From a virus (taxonomy: Duplodnaviria; Caudoviricetes), in the IMG/VR virus record IMGVR_UViG_3300032218_003260: a stretch of DNA of 64,000 bases; one strand, given 5' to 3'. Made by a program: the position numbers and the translations under genes. This document shows positions 9,198-19,900 of the stretch, piece after piece (the first letter of the stretch is position 1; every line of letters starts with the position of its first letter). The notes under the pieces were generated by a model, which worked only from the letters and a program-made list of their open reading frames with translations, did not search any database and had not been told where the DNA came from.

Positions 9198-10757
9198 CTA
9201 GAAAAAATCCGCGGCATCGTCGGATGTTACAGACTTCTTCGGATACGGTGGCGCTGCAGAAACGGTTGGCGCGGCCGCAGATGGCGCAGGAACTGAAGTC
9301 GGGGCGGGTTGCGGCATTAATTTACCCTGCTGAAAAGTGCCGCTCATTGTTGTCGCGCCCGGATTTGCTGCGCGAAGCTGTTGCGCCTGTTGCGCCATAC
9401 CCTGCTGACGATTTGCCATTTCCTGCCCCTTGCCTTTACCAAACACACGCGAATAAGCCGCCGGATCAACAGCATTCTTCTGCAGCTGCGCTAGCACAGC
9501 TGCGGCGCTTTTTTTAACTTCTTCGTCGCCCGAGTCTTCCGACTTTTCTTCGGACTTTTCTTCTTTTTCGTCGCTTTCGGGCTTTTTCTTTTTCTTGCCG
9601 ATACTGGAGCCGATGTTACTACCCAGATGCGCACCGGCACCCAAACCAGCAGCGCCGCCCGCTAACAGGCCGATACCGGCTCCGGGGCCGCCACCCAGCG
9701 CACCACCAGCGAGCGCGCCCATGATCCCGCCACCAGCGCCACCAGCCAGCCCGCCGATGCCTCCGCCAGCCACGCCGCCCAGCGTAGAGAGCAGCGACGA
9801 TTGTTTTTGCGCGCCGTAACGCGGCACATCGGGCGTGCCGGTTAACACGCGCATCAGCGGCGCCGTCATCTGTTGAAACGGCGATAATCCGTCTCGATCA
9901 AGACCGCCCACAATTCGTTTGAGGAGAAGAGTTTTGTTTACAGGAGCCACGGGTTTTGCGGCCGGTGTTTTAAGCGATCGGTAGGCTTCGCTCGCGGCCA
10001 GCGCACCACCGGCGCCAGCAGTCCCGGCAACAGCCGGATAAAACACGTCATCACTGGCTAAAGTTTTTGTCGCCTTGCCCAGACCCTTTTGAAGGCTTTT
10101 CAGAATAGATGAGCCTGCGCCAGCTTCTTTATTTTCCCACGACGGCTTGCCAATAGCAGCGCTGGCGCCAGCATAGCCCAGTCCAGCGCCGCCTACAGCG
10201 CCTGTTGTACCGCCGCGCACAATCGCATTGCGCAGATACGCGTCAGAGTATGGCGAAAGCTGTCCCGGGCTACGAATCGGGACTTTCTTGCCGCCGCGTG
10301 ACATCGTCCGGCCGCCGCGCTGTACAAACCGCTTGAGTGCGTCGGCTAATTGCGCCGCGCTCGGACCAAAGAGTGTTTTGCCGATACGAGGACTTGCCGC
10401 TGCGAGTGCAAGAGCCCCCAGCGCTCCGCCTATGCCGCCGCCAATCATGCCGGCACCCGTGCCAGTGCCTTTGACAGCGCCGCGGCCCAGTCCTTCCATA
10501 CGGTGCCCAGATGGCGACGTAACCGCGCCCAGACCAGCACCGACACCGGCTGTGATCGGCAGCGTCACAAACGCCTGTTTGCCCATGGTCTTACCAACCT
10601 GCATACCAAATTGCTGGGGCGTCACGCTCATTCGATCACCTGTAGCTTGCATATGGTTTTGAATCTTGCGCGACGCCACATGCTGCATGATCTTTTCAAA
10701 CAGCTTGCGCCGCGACAGCGCTAACTCAGTTAGTTTATTTACTGGAATCGGCGGCAT
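9198..10757 (-). CDS. Gly-rich modular protein with glycine-zipper segments, KxA family
   Basis: 519 aa; PQQFG...GKQAF, NKEAG, QKQSS, VKKSAA, QKNAV; GxxxG repeats. Confidence 0.6.
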   Translation of the reverse strand: MPPIPVNKLTELALSRRKLFEKIMQHVASRKIQNHMQATGDRMSVTPQQFGMQVGKTMGKQAFVTLPITAGVGAGLGAVTSPSGHRMEGLGRGAVKGTGTGAGMIGGGIGGALGALALAAASPRIGKTLFGPSAAQLADALKRFVQRGGRTMSRGGKKVPIRSPGQLSPYSDAYLRNAIVRGGTTGAVGGAGLGYAGASAAIGKPSWENKEAGAGSSILKSLQKGLGKATKTLASDDVFYPAVAGTAGAGGALAASEAYRSLKTPAAKPVAPVNKTLLLKRIVGGLDRDGLSPFQQMTAPLMRVLTGTPDVPRYGAQKQSSLLSTLGGVAGGGIGGLAGGAGGGIMGALAGGALGGGPGAGIGLLAGGAAGLGAGAHLGSNIGSSIGKKKKKPESDEKEEKSEEKSEDSGDEEVKKSAAAVLAQLQKNAVDPAAYSRVFGKGKGQEMANRQQGMAQQAQQLRAANPGATTMSGTFQQGKLMPQPAPTSVPAPSAAAPTVSAAPPYPKKSVTSDDAADFF

Positions 10758-13290
10758 TTTCGTCGTCCAGAATGCTGGCGCTGGGTTGTGGCTTGGCGTC
10801 TGGATATTTTAACAGCCGGCGCTTCTTCTTTGAAAGCGGCTTATTGGGCGGTGTTAATTTGAGCGTTTGAAACACGGCGCTCGCTTTTTCCTGCACTTCT
10901 TTGTCTTCTGTTAATTCTCCGCGCCGCCGCTTGAGATACTTTTGTAACTCTTGCTCCTGATAGGCTTGAAGCATGGTTTTTACTTTGTCAGCCCGAGTGC
11001 GCGAGACTAGCTTTGCTGGGTCAATCGCCCAGTGCTGTAGCGCCCAGCCACGTCTTGGCGTGGGATTAGACATAAACGGGCCGCCATGTCTGGCTTTGAA
11101 GCTTGCCCAGCGCTTGATCTGTCGCGTGTCTTCGTCGGGAATGCGGCGGCCTGAGTTATAGTTCTGGTACCACTCCAGCCAGCCCTTGGGATCATGCTCT
11201 GTCACCCATTCTGGCTTCCATTCGCCCAAGCTAGCTAACCGCGGGCCTTCTTTCTCATAGAGCGATTTGTACACACCCATGCGATGTAACTGGCCCGGTG
11301 TAAAATCAGGTTGGAAATCAGGCAGCTCGGCGGCGGCTCGTTTCAAAAGCGCAGACACAACGCACGTCACCTGACCCGGTTCCGCTTCGGTGACGTGTTT
11401 GTGACAGGAAACCGGAAAAACATCCCCGCGTTGTGCCTGCGCTATTTTGTCTTGCACGTACTTCTGCATCGGCAATTCTTCCAGCGTCGTATGCTCGTAC
11501 GGGTTGCCTAACAGATCAAGTTGTTTGATGGCAGCACGCAGTTTGTAGATTGCCGCATTACCTGCAGGTTCACGTCCCGGTTTCCATTTGGGTTGGGTGC
11601 CAAATTTGTGCTTTTCAACTAAATCGTCGTCAGACCACGTCTTGCCTGTGTCGACGTGAAACCGGCCCATAAGTTTAGCCGTGTCTAAGTCTGGCGTAAC
11701 ATAACTGCCAGCGGCCAATGTTTGTAAATCAGCATTGGGCGAACCATGGTAGAACGTGCGTTGTTCCGCCACTTTCTGCTTGCGATATTTGTCGCCCTCG
11801 TCTTGCAAAATCTTGCGGAAGATCTCGTTGAGCTGTTCTTTCTCGGCCGTGAGGTGTTCAAGTACTTCGTCGCCAGTACGCTCGCGCTGATATCCCATGA
11901 GCTTGCCGATGATGCTCGGATCTTGGCTGGCGCTTAGATATCTTTGGACTTGAACGTTCTTGAGTTCTTCCGGTAAGTCTCTGTGCGAGTCAAAGCGCAG
12001 ACCACGACCGCGAGCTTGCTGGCTGCGCGACTCATGCCAGTGCGGGTCTAGAAGCTGGATGAGACTCGTACCCTTGGTGGACAAGCCTTCAGCGCCAGCC
12101 GGGCCGATGAGTAACGCCCGGAGCTTGCCGGTGTTGTATGCGTCCACGGCAGCTTGGCGCGCCTTTGTGCTAACGCCGCCGTGGAAAAACGCATGCGGGA
12201 TCTTGGCTTTCTCTAGGCCAGCAGCGTAGGGGGCCAAGCCAGAGTCAATAAAGTTGGAATAGATGATGGCTTTCTTGCGTTTGTCTTCGCCCAGCGTCTT
12301 TTGCAGGTTTTGAAACGCCGTCTGTAACTTTGCGCTCTGCTGAAACGCCTTGGCTGGATCTTTGTCAGCGCGAAAAGGCTGTGTACTGAGACTTACTTGA
12401 CGTAAACCAGTGAGGAAGCTGTTTAACTTCGCCAGCTCGTCTTTGGATAGCGGGAACTCTTGGTCCAACTTCCATAAGAACCCCGGCGGAATCTTCGTGC
12501 GAATAGCTTTTTGAATCTTGTCCTGCGCGGGAGACAGGGGCACACGCACGGTTTCTTCGTTAACATTCACGCCTTCAGGAGTCTTGCTCGGCTGGTAATC
12601 CACCTTGCCCTGTAGCAAGCTTCGCAATTCTTTCTCATTCTTCACCACGGGTTTCACACCGGGCTTCACGCCGCGCAGCCAGCCAAATAAGCCCGGTCGC
12701 ACAGTCTTATAGTCGATGTAGCGCTTCTCGAATTCCTCGGGCGTGATCGATTTGTTGTTCAGCATCGACAACAAGTTCGCCAAGTCCGTGGGCGAATTTG
12801 TGATCGGCGAGCCTGTGAGCAGCAGCAGGCGTTTGGCTTGAGCAGCAGCTTCCGCGGCGCCAGCAGAACTCGCGCTCCCCGGATTACGCAGCCTATGCGC
12901 CTCGTCCATGATGAGCGTTTTGGGCGGCGTTTGGAACTTCTTGCCCAAAGCTAATCCCGTGTAGCTCATGATCTCGGGGTTAGAATTCCGCGTGAACTTT
13001 TTGATCTCTTTATCGAAGTTACCGCGCAAGCTCGCCGGAACCACCACGCCATAGTCTTCGTTGTCTTGCTCTTTGGCCGCTTCAGCAGCAGCCAGAGACG
13101 AGAGTGATTTCCCGGAACCCAGCCCGTGATACACAAGCAGTCTGGGATCTGGGCCGGCAATACGGTCGGCAATCCGCTGCTGATGCTCTTGCAGCTGGAT
13201 TTCGGGAAGTAGTTCTGCGACTTTATGCCACAGGCCAGCCGGAAGCGCGGATGTCTTCGGCGCAATGTCGTCGTCGAGAATGCTGTTCAT
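10735..13290 (-). CDS. SNF2-like SF2 helicase fused to C-terminal ART-like and unknown domains
   Basis: YHGLGSGKS; IMDEAH; LTGSP; IIYSNF; GAEGLS; QARGRGLR; then FYHGS...YVTPDLDTA and a W-rich C-terminal domain. Confidence 0.85.
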   Translation of the reverse strand: MNSILDDDIAPKTSALPAGLWHKVAELLPEIQLQEHQQRIADRIAGPDPRLLVYHGLGSGKSLSSLAAAEAAKEQDNEDYGVVVPASLRGNFDKEIKKFTRNSNPEIMSYTGLALGKKFQTPPKTLIMDEAHRLRNPGSASSAGAAEAAAQAKRLLLLTGSPITNSPTDLANLLSMLNNKSITPEEFEKRYIDYKTVRPGLFGWLRGVKPGVKPVVKNEKELRSLLQGKVDYQPSKTPEGVNVNEETVRVPLSPAQDKIQKAIRTKIPPGFLWKLDQEFPLSKDELAKLNSFLTGLRQVSLSTQPFRADKDPAKAFQQSAKLQTAFQNLQKTLGEDKRKKAIIYSNFIDSGLAPYAAGLEKAKIPHAFFHGGVSTKARQAAVDAYNTGKLRALLIGPAGAEGLSTKGTSLIQLLDPHWHESRSQQARGRGLRFDSHRDLPEELKNVQVQRYLSASQDPSIIGKLMGYQRERTGDEVLEHLTAEKEQLNEIFRKILQDEGDKYRKQKVAEQRTFYHGSPNADLQTLAAGSYVTPDLDTAKLMGRFHVDTGKTWSDDDLVEKHKFGTQPKWKPGREPAGNAAIYKLRAAIKQLDLLGNPYEHTTLEELPMQKYVQDKIAQAQRGDVFPVSCHKHVTEAEPGQVTCVVSALLKRAAAELPDFQPDFTPGQLHRMGVYKSLYEKEGPRLASLGEWKPEWVTEHDPKGWLEWYQNYNSGRRIPDEDTRQIKRWASFKARHGGPFMSNPTPRRGWALQHWAIDPAKLVSRTRADKVKTMLQAYQEQELQKYLKRRRGELTEDKEVQEKASAVFQTLKLTPPNKPLSKKKRRLLKYPDAKPQPSASILDDENAADSSK

Positions 13291-13302
13291 GAACCACGTG
13301 AC

Positions 13303-14151
13303 CTATTTTGACTCATTTATATCTAAATGGGTCGCCGGCTCTGGACCCGTGGTAGCCTGCGCGGCAAGCGCTAGCTCGTGCTGCTTGATCTGCGATTCTA
13401 CCCAATCCCGGTACATACTCACACGGGTAAAAGCACTGTCGTCGCCATACGTGCCGTCCGGTTTACCGTCGTCGTGGGCCAGAAACGAATTAATTCCGGC
13501 TAATTCGTTGCCGATAAACATTCCGCCGCCAGAATCACCGGGGGCAATCATGAACTCTAGCGGAAACCGGCCGTCTTTGCGGGGGGCGCAGGCGACCACC
13601 GAGAGAAACGCCGCCGAAAGCTTATTCTGTCCGGCGCGGCGTTGGTTGTCTGATTTGGTGGCGCCCGTTGTAAAGTTTCCAGTTGAACCCCAGCCCGCGA
13701 TGGTGACAGCCTGCCCAAGTTCATCTGCTTTTGTGTACAGCGGCACGTAGAAGTTCAGCTTGAAATCATCGTCAACATAACAGAGCGCAATGTCGTGCAG
13801 GCCAACTTTGTTTTCGTTGTAGTCCTTGTGCTGCACCTTGTAGGCCACGTGGTGTTTCTTCTCGCCAACATAAATCACGTCGTCTTTGGAGCCGTTAATA
13901 ACATGCGCCGCGGTCAACGCCCAGTGCGGTCTAATAATGACCGCTGATGCCAGTTGTTCGTGGTTCTTTTCGCACTTCTTGCAGTCGACGTTATTGGTAA
14001 TTCGGACTACAAACGGAAATTGCTTGCCAAATTCGACGTACTTGTCGTCGGGAGTGCTGGGGTCGATCGTGCCGGCCATCGCGGCACGCGATACAGCCAA
14101 GAGAATAATCACGAATCGTAGTAGGCGGGCAAATAGTTCTTGCACGTTCAT
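13303..14151 (-). CDS. S1 (chymotrypsin-fold) serine protease with signal peptide
   Basis: LTAAH; HDIAL; GDSGGG; hydrophobic N-terminus. Confidence 0.9.
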   Translation of the reverse strand: MNVQELFARLLRFVIILLAVSRAAMAGTIDPSTPDDKYVEFGKQFPFVVRITNNVDCKKCEKNHEQLASAVIIRPHWALTAAHVINGSKDDVIYVGEKKHHVAYKVQHKDYNENKVGLHDIALCYVDDDFKLNFYVPLYTKADELGQAVTIAGWGSTGNFTTGATKSDNQRRAGQNKLSAAFLSVVACAPRKDGRFPLEFMIAPGDSGGGMFIGNELAGINSFLAHDDGKPDGTYGDDSAFTRVSMYRDWVESQIKQHELALAAQATTGPEPATHLDINESK

Positions 14152-14189
14152 GGCAAGCCCCCAGTCTTTGATATGTAAGTGTTGCTATC

Positions 14190-16205
14190 TCATGCTTGTG
14201 GTTGTTGAGGTTTCAAGAGTGTCATGGCCTTGGCAAACATGTGCGGATCGAGCTTGGGTTGCGGCGGAAGCTTGGGCGAGCGCAACAAGCCTTGACCTAA
14301 ACCAGTCAGGCCATAACCAGCAGCGCCCATCAGGCCCATGGCGCCAATCCCTGCGCCTACGCGGCCCCGGAAGCCTTTGGTGAGGTCTTTCAGCGCTTGG
14401 CCTTTGTGCGTGACTAACACAGGCTCGAAGATGTCGCTGAGCGCTACGCGATTGGGCAGCCACGCATTGGGATCGCCCTTGAACTTGCCGCCAACGAGAC
14501 GTTCATACAAGCTCGCCGGGCCGCCACCACAGTGCGTGCCGTAGCAATTGGTGCGGCCAAACATGCGGCGAAATGTATTTAATCCAGCAACTTCGCCCAC
14601 CGCTGTTTGACCAGCAGCAACACCAGCGTAGGGATCGACACCCATGCGCTTGGCGGCCTGTAAAAACTCTGCCTCGTTGTTAATCTTAGCGCGATACGGC
14701 TCTTTAACGCGCATCCATAACGTCGGCTTGTGCCCGATTGGCTCTTTTTTGCCGCGATAATACCCCCGCGGATTCTGACTCGAACCTTCAGTGACCGTGT
14801 GCTTGTAAACCGTGTCGGCGCCATGTGGCACTAATCTCTGCGGGCGCTCTTCCAGCTGGCGCTCAACAGTTTTGATCCAGCCGTCGTCATGTAACCCAGT
14901 GTTATCTCGAAAGCCGTCCAGCCAGTCACGCACAGCGTCGCGCGCACCGCCCAAGCCTTTTTGCCACCAGCCTTTGATTGCATCTTTGGGTAAGTCGGTG
15001 CCGTGCGCAGCGATGTAATCAGCCGGCGTGCGCCCAACATTCGTGGCGCTCATGCCGCCGTGTAACAAGCTGGGCACAAATGTCTCAAACTGCTTTGGTT
15101 TAAATAACTTTGATTTGGGCAGCGCTGCGGGATTACCACCGGCAGCTTCGAGAAGCGCTTCAACTGTGCGCTTCTGCGTCGTGGTTTGTGGGCCACGCGC
15201 TTCTATACTGCGTGCAAGATTATCCCAGCGCTCTGGCGCTGTACGCCGAAGATCTTGCGCAATCTGCTTGAACTTGGGATTCTTCGCGGCCATCTCGTCG
15301 AAGCGTTTGGCCAGTGCTTCTTGTCGGTCTGCGCTGCCTGTTAATTGTGTTAATTCACGATCAAAGTTCTGCGCTTTTGTATCTGGCCCGTCAAAGAAAC
15401 CGCCCTCAAACGTCGGTGACCATGTTGCACGCGTTTTGCCGCTGGGGCTAGTTTTTAATTCACCTGTCTGTGTCTTACCTGCATCTTCTGAGACACGAGC
15501 AAGAAAACGCTTGAAGCCTTTGACAGCTTTTGTTTTGGCGCCGACTGCTTTGTTTACTTCAGCGAGATCGGGCCGCGGGACTTTGGGCGGCGTGGCTGAT
15601 TTCCCGGCACTGACAGCCGCGTCATATGTATCCCATGCTTTCTGCCGTGCTTGAAGCTGCGCCAATTGTTTCGTCCGGCCACGCAGGCGTTCTTTTGCGT
15701 TACCGTAGGACTCCGTGCCCTGCATGTTCTCTTTGGCATCAGCAGCGACAGACTTACGCCACGCTTTTGGATCGCGCATCTGGGGTGAGTACAGCTCGCC
15801 GCGGTCGTTCATGAGGTACGGCAGTGGCGCGCCCAACTCACCCTTGGGTACGCCAGTCACGCTCCAGTGTGGGCGCACATATGGGCCGGCTACTTGGCCG
15901 TGTGCGCCCGGGCCGCCTGACGCAGCATGAGACCCGCGCACCAATGTGTTTGTGAATAAATCTCCGCCGCCTTGTAAGCCAGACAGGCCAAAGTCGCCCG
16001 GCTGAACTTCCTGCATGACCTTTTTAAGATCTACAAGGCCATTGGCGAGCGTAGCATCAGGAGCAGCTTCGAGAATCTTGCGGTACTGCGGGTACTCGCG
16101 AAAGATGTACTCCAACAGACTGACACCGGGCGGAAGAGCAGCGATACCGGCGCCAACTGGGCGGTAATCAAACGGCGCTTTTGACGAAGAATCTTGTACG
16201 GGCAT
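14190..16205 (-). CDS. hypothetical protein (671 aa) with C-terminal Gly-rich hydrophobic segment
   Basis: Long ORF in the putative virion-protein cluster; no confident family. Confidence 0.55.
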   Translation of the reverse strand: MPVQDSSSKAPFDYRPVGAGIAALPPGVSLLEYIFREYPQYRKILEAAPDATLANGLVDLKKVMQEVQPGDFGLSGLQGGGDLFTNTLVRGSHAASGGPGAHGQVAGPYVRPHWSVTGVPKGELGAPLPYLMNDRGELYSPQMRDPKAWRKSVAADAKENMQGTESYGNAKERLRGRTKQLAQLQARQKAWDTYDAAVSAGKSATPPKVPRPDLAEVNKAVGAKTKAVKGFKRFLARVSEDAGKTQTGELKTSPSGKTRATWSPTFEGGFFDGPDTKAQNFDRELTQLTGSADRQEALAKRFDEMAAKNPKFKQIAQDLRRTAPERWDNLARSIEARGPQTTTQKRTVEALLEAAGGNPAALPKSKLFKPKQFETFVPSLLHGGMSATNVGRTPADYIAAHGTDLPKDAIKGWWQKGLGGARDAVRDWLDGFRDNTGLHDDGWIKTVERQLEERPQRLVPHGADTVYKHTVTEGSSQNPRGYYRGKKEPIGHKPTLWMRVKEPYRAKINNEAEFLQAAKRMGVDPYAGVAAGQTAVGEVAGLNTFRRMFGRTNCYGTHCGGGPASLYERLVGGKFKGDPNAWLPNRVALSDIFEPVLVTHKGQALKDLTKGFRGRVGAGIGAMGLMGAAGYGLTGLGQGLLRSPKLPPQPKLDPHMFAKAMTLLKPQQPQA

Positions 16206-16327
16206 AGTGCGACCGTTGTTTTGCTAACAATATCTCGCCCATTCTACTGCGCTTTATTCTATTACAAAAGCTGGGTTGGACTGAAAATGAGTTACGGCGC
16301 TGTAAAAACAGTTACCAAAGCGCTGAT

Positions 16328-16385
16328 AGCTAAAAAAACGCTTGGCAGCCGGGAGTGGTTAGCTCCCGGACTGCGTCTGCGTTTT
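16328..16385 (-). terminator. intrinsic terminator, possibly bidirectional
   Basis: Long hairpin with core CCGGGAG/CTCCCGG, an A-tract on the left and a T-tract on the right. Confidence 0.7.
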
Positions 16386-16802
16386 TCAATTGACCGACTC
16401 CGCGATAGCCGCGTTGTAATCATAGCTGGTCATGTAACCACGGTTAATAACCACCGTTAATTGCGCAAAACAATTGTCGATTTCTTTGTTGCACGCGTCG
16501 ATTTCCGGCCATTTGGCGAGGGCTCGGATGAGGGCGTCGCGGGAATCTTGCTGTTGCCGAATCTTGGCATTGATTTCGGTCATCGCGGCTTCCCACGCAG
16601 CTTTGTCGACGTACTTGTGTTTGTTAAGCGCCGGCGACCACACGAACCGCTCACTCAACGGGGCGGTGATGTCCGTGGTGGTTTTCCTTGGCAGGAAGTG
16701 CCGACAGGCAATCCACAGCACTGTCATGACTACCATGCCAGCAATGAGCGACTGGCCCATCGCGTACATCAGCCCGGCAACAAACATCAGAATCGTATCC
16801 AT
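16386..16802 (-). CDS. hypothetical membrane protein in a self-contained cassette
   Basis: ATG 16802 gives MDTILMFV...; two N-terminal TM segments; has its own promoter and terminator. Confidence 0.65.
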   Translation of the reverse strand: MDTILMFVAGLMYAMGQSLIAGMVVMTVLWIACRHFLPRKTTTDITAPLSERFVWSPALNKHKYVDKAAWEAAMTEINAKIRQQQDSRDALIRALAKWPEIDACNKEIDNCFAQLTVVINRGYMTSYDYNAAIAESVN

Positions 16803-16880
16803 CGTGGTTTTCCCTTGTGGAAAGAATGCGGCTGGAGACACAACACGTGGCTTACCAGCAAAGAGCTAGGCTCCTCACTA

Positions 16881-16909
16881 GATATACCCGGTTTTGGCCG
16901 TTTATTTAG
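16881..16909 (-). promoter_or_regulatory. phage promoter motif CTAAAT-N17-YATAT, copy 1
   Basis: CTAAAT aaacggccaaaaccggg TATATC; one of six copies with identical 17-nt spacing. Confidence 0.75.
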
Positions 16910-16912
16910 CTA

Positions 16913-19900
16913 TCAGCGGTTAGCGGTATACGCGACGCCCGCACCACCCGCTGCAAGCCCGCCGACCCCGGCTGCGCCATAGCCCACGCGCTTAGCCATT
17001 GGGACCATGGGCGATGCCACGGTCATGCCGTAGCGAATCGCGGGGCCGTACACCATCTTGCTCAGCGTCGGATTCACGCCGGATTCCTGCGGCTTGTACA
17101 CCATGCTGTGATCGGCTGCGTTCATACCTTGTAGCCGCCGGGGCGATAACTGAAACTCAACAGGTGTGCCTTTGAGCGTCCCTTTGATGTTATGCCCATG
17201 ATAGCCGGGGCGCATTAACATCTTGGACCCAGTGATTTGCACACCAGCGTCTGTCAGTTGTTTTGTTAACGAATCAACAGCAGGTTGACCGTAGCCTTGG
17301 CTGGACGAAAGCCGAAAGCCAAGTAAGTCGTTGGTGACTTGATCTGTTCCGTGGCCTGCGATGCTTCCGGGTGTCTTCACGCGGCCGGCATATGTCTGGA
17401 AACCCTGCGGCTTGAACGACGACAAGAACTCGTTGCCAGCCTGCAGGGCTTGATTGCGCTCGGCGTGCAGGATGCCTTCGGGGACAGAATTACCCAGCGT
17501 CGTCATGGGCCCGCGGAACGACTGGCGCGCAGCTGTCATGCCTTTCGACAGCCCTTTGAAACCCAGCCTGCGTCCAAGCCCCATAGCGCCAGAAACTAAC
17601 CCAGCCGACTTTTCTTTCGCGTCGGGCCAGCCGGGTTTGAGCTGGTAGTCATACACAGGCTCGCCGGCCAACAGCTGCTGCTTGGCCAATGTGGGCACAG
17701 CGCCAGCGATCGAACCGTCTGGTTGGGGCTGTAACCGATAGCGTTCTTTCAGCCACTGTTTATGATATTCAGGCGTTTCTTTGGCCAGCCGATCAAACTG
17801 CTGCGTGGCGATAAACGTGTTGATATCATCCGGCGTCATCGTAATCGGGTGCAGCTTTTCGCGCTGTTTTTTCAGGGGCGTGATGCTGTAATGCACACCC
17901 TCTTGTAGCGGCGTTTTATTTTCGCGCTCTGCTAGGTGTTTGCGCAGCCGGTCAAGCACGGCCTGTTGTTTTTTTTTATTACCGGGTAACACAGCGCGGG
18001 CTTCACCAGTGCGGGCGTTGTTATATGCAATCCCGGGATGGTCTAACTCGTCCAAAATAGTATGCAAAGACTTGCGCAGGTTTACGCCTTGTACGTCGCC
18101 GTCAAAGCGATACACGCCGGCTTTTTTATCTGTCACTTGTCTGGCCGCGGCGTCAGCTTTAAACCCGCCCAGCGTCTTCTTGCCGTAGTGCGCGAGCATG
18201 GGCGCAGAAGACGCCAGCATGTATGTGGGCAGGCCAATAAACGCCGATCGGCCGCCCTTGAGCTTCATCTGGCGCATGAGCTTGGCGCCCCGACGAGACG
18301 CATCAAACTCAGACGCTAACATCGGCACTGCGCCGACTGTACCCGCAATCGCCGAGTTCCGAGAGTTAGTCTCGTTGTTTGAAAGCAGCGCGCCGGCCGT
18401 ACCTAATCCCAGCGCCGGCCGACCGATTTGATTACCGCGCATGAGCCATTTGCCGCCCATGTGGTGCCCGATCTCGTGCGCTAACACGCCGGGGTTACTC
18501 ATGCGCGGACTATGGCCAATCGTGGGTTTTGATATCCCCATACCCGGATTTGCCGGTGTATAAAACGCGGGGGTGTTGCGCACACTATCAGCCGCTGAAC
18601 GGCGCATTCTGTACTTGATGTTATTCATGAGATCGCCAAGCCAGTTGCCCGTTGTTTTAGGTGCTATCTTTGGGTCAATCTTGCTGGCAACGTTCAAACT
18701 ATCTGTCACATCTACGCCCTGCCCCTTTGCGTAGTCACTGAGTTGTTGCCACGCTTGCGATGTTTCAAGCGTCGGCACAGCGTTCATTTCTGGGCGCGCA
18801 ACACGGTTCATGTACGCAGTTAATGGCACGCCAATCGCAGCATTTGTCGCCGGCATGCCACCGAGGTACCAGCCCATCGAGTGCCCTAAACCGGGCTTAG
18901 CGGGTTCTTTTTTTTTTGCTTCGATTGCGCTTTTTTTACCAAAACGCGCAGCAAAATCTGCGGGCGATACCGGGCGAATCGAAGGCGGCGCGGCTGTTGT
19001 TGCTGGGGCGGCCGGCGGTGTGGCCGGCGCTGCAGTGGGCGATACAGGGCGCTGCATAACTGGCGAGGGAGCCGGACGAGCTGCCGGGGCTGGGCTTGGT
19101 CGCGGAACAGCAGTTGGAGCCGGCTGCGCAACTGGCGTGGGTCTAGCTTGCTGCGAAACAGGAGCGGGAACCGGACGCGCTGCCGGCCGAGGTGCTGACG
19201 TTACCGCTTGCCCCGCTCCGGTGGCGCGTTGCGTGTCTATTCGCTGGCGCATCAGCTGATAATTTTGCAATTTTTGCCATTCTGGTACGCCGTCGTTCAC
19301 GTTTACAACGTTTTTCATGTAACTACTGAGGTCGGCGCTCGTGGGCCGTGCAGGCATTTTGAACGGTGTGCGCGCAGCTGCCGCAATTGGTTTTTTCGCA
19401 ACTCCGCTGACCGCTTTACCAGCCATGCGACCAATCGAGCTGAGTAAACCGGCCATCTTCTCCCCGCCTACAGAATTGGCTGTCCCAAACGCGGCGTTCC
19501 CTGTGATATCACCCGTCGAAGACAACGCGCCGTATGAATTAATAGGATTGGCGTTGGGAGACGAACCGCCGCCAACAGGGGGTAGTTGGCCAGACGGAGC
19601 AGGCGAGCCCGTGTTTGCTGGCTGGGCGGCGGGAGCCTGTGGTTGGCCTTGTGGCGCCTGTGCCTGCATACCCATAGGGAGCGGCGTACCCATCGCCGGC
19701 ATGGCATATCGCTTAATTCCGGCGTTTGCAGGCATCCGGGCAGCCTCTCGGGCCTCCATTTCAGCCCTTTCATTCTCCATCGCCTGCATAATGGGCTGCG
19801 ACAAAACAGCAGAAAGCTTCGCCATTAACGTGTTTACACCATAATTTGGCTTTGTTTCCGAGTTACATCTTTCGCCCTTGGTTTTAACGACCTTGGGTGG

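Noticed and set aside
13303-14151. S1 protease as the enzyme cutting at K-x-A
   Set aside because: The residue six positions before the catalytic Ser is Met, not the Asp that gives trypsin its Lys/Arg specificity. It also has an export signal, unlike a prohead protease.
16321-16918. IS or MITE transposon
   Set aside because: There is no transposase and no target-site duplication, and the same end sequence recurs at other transcription-unit boundaries.
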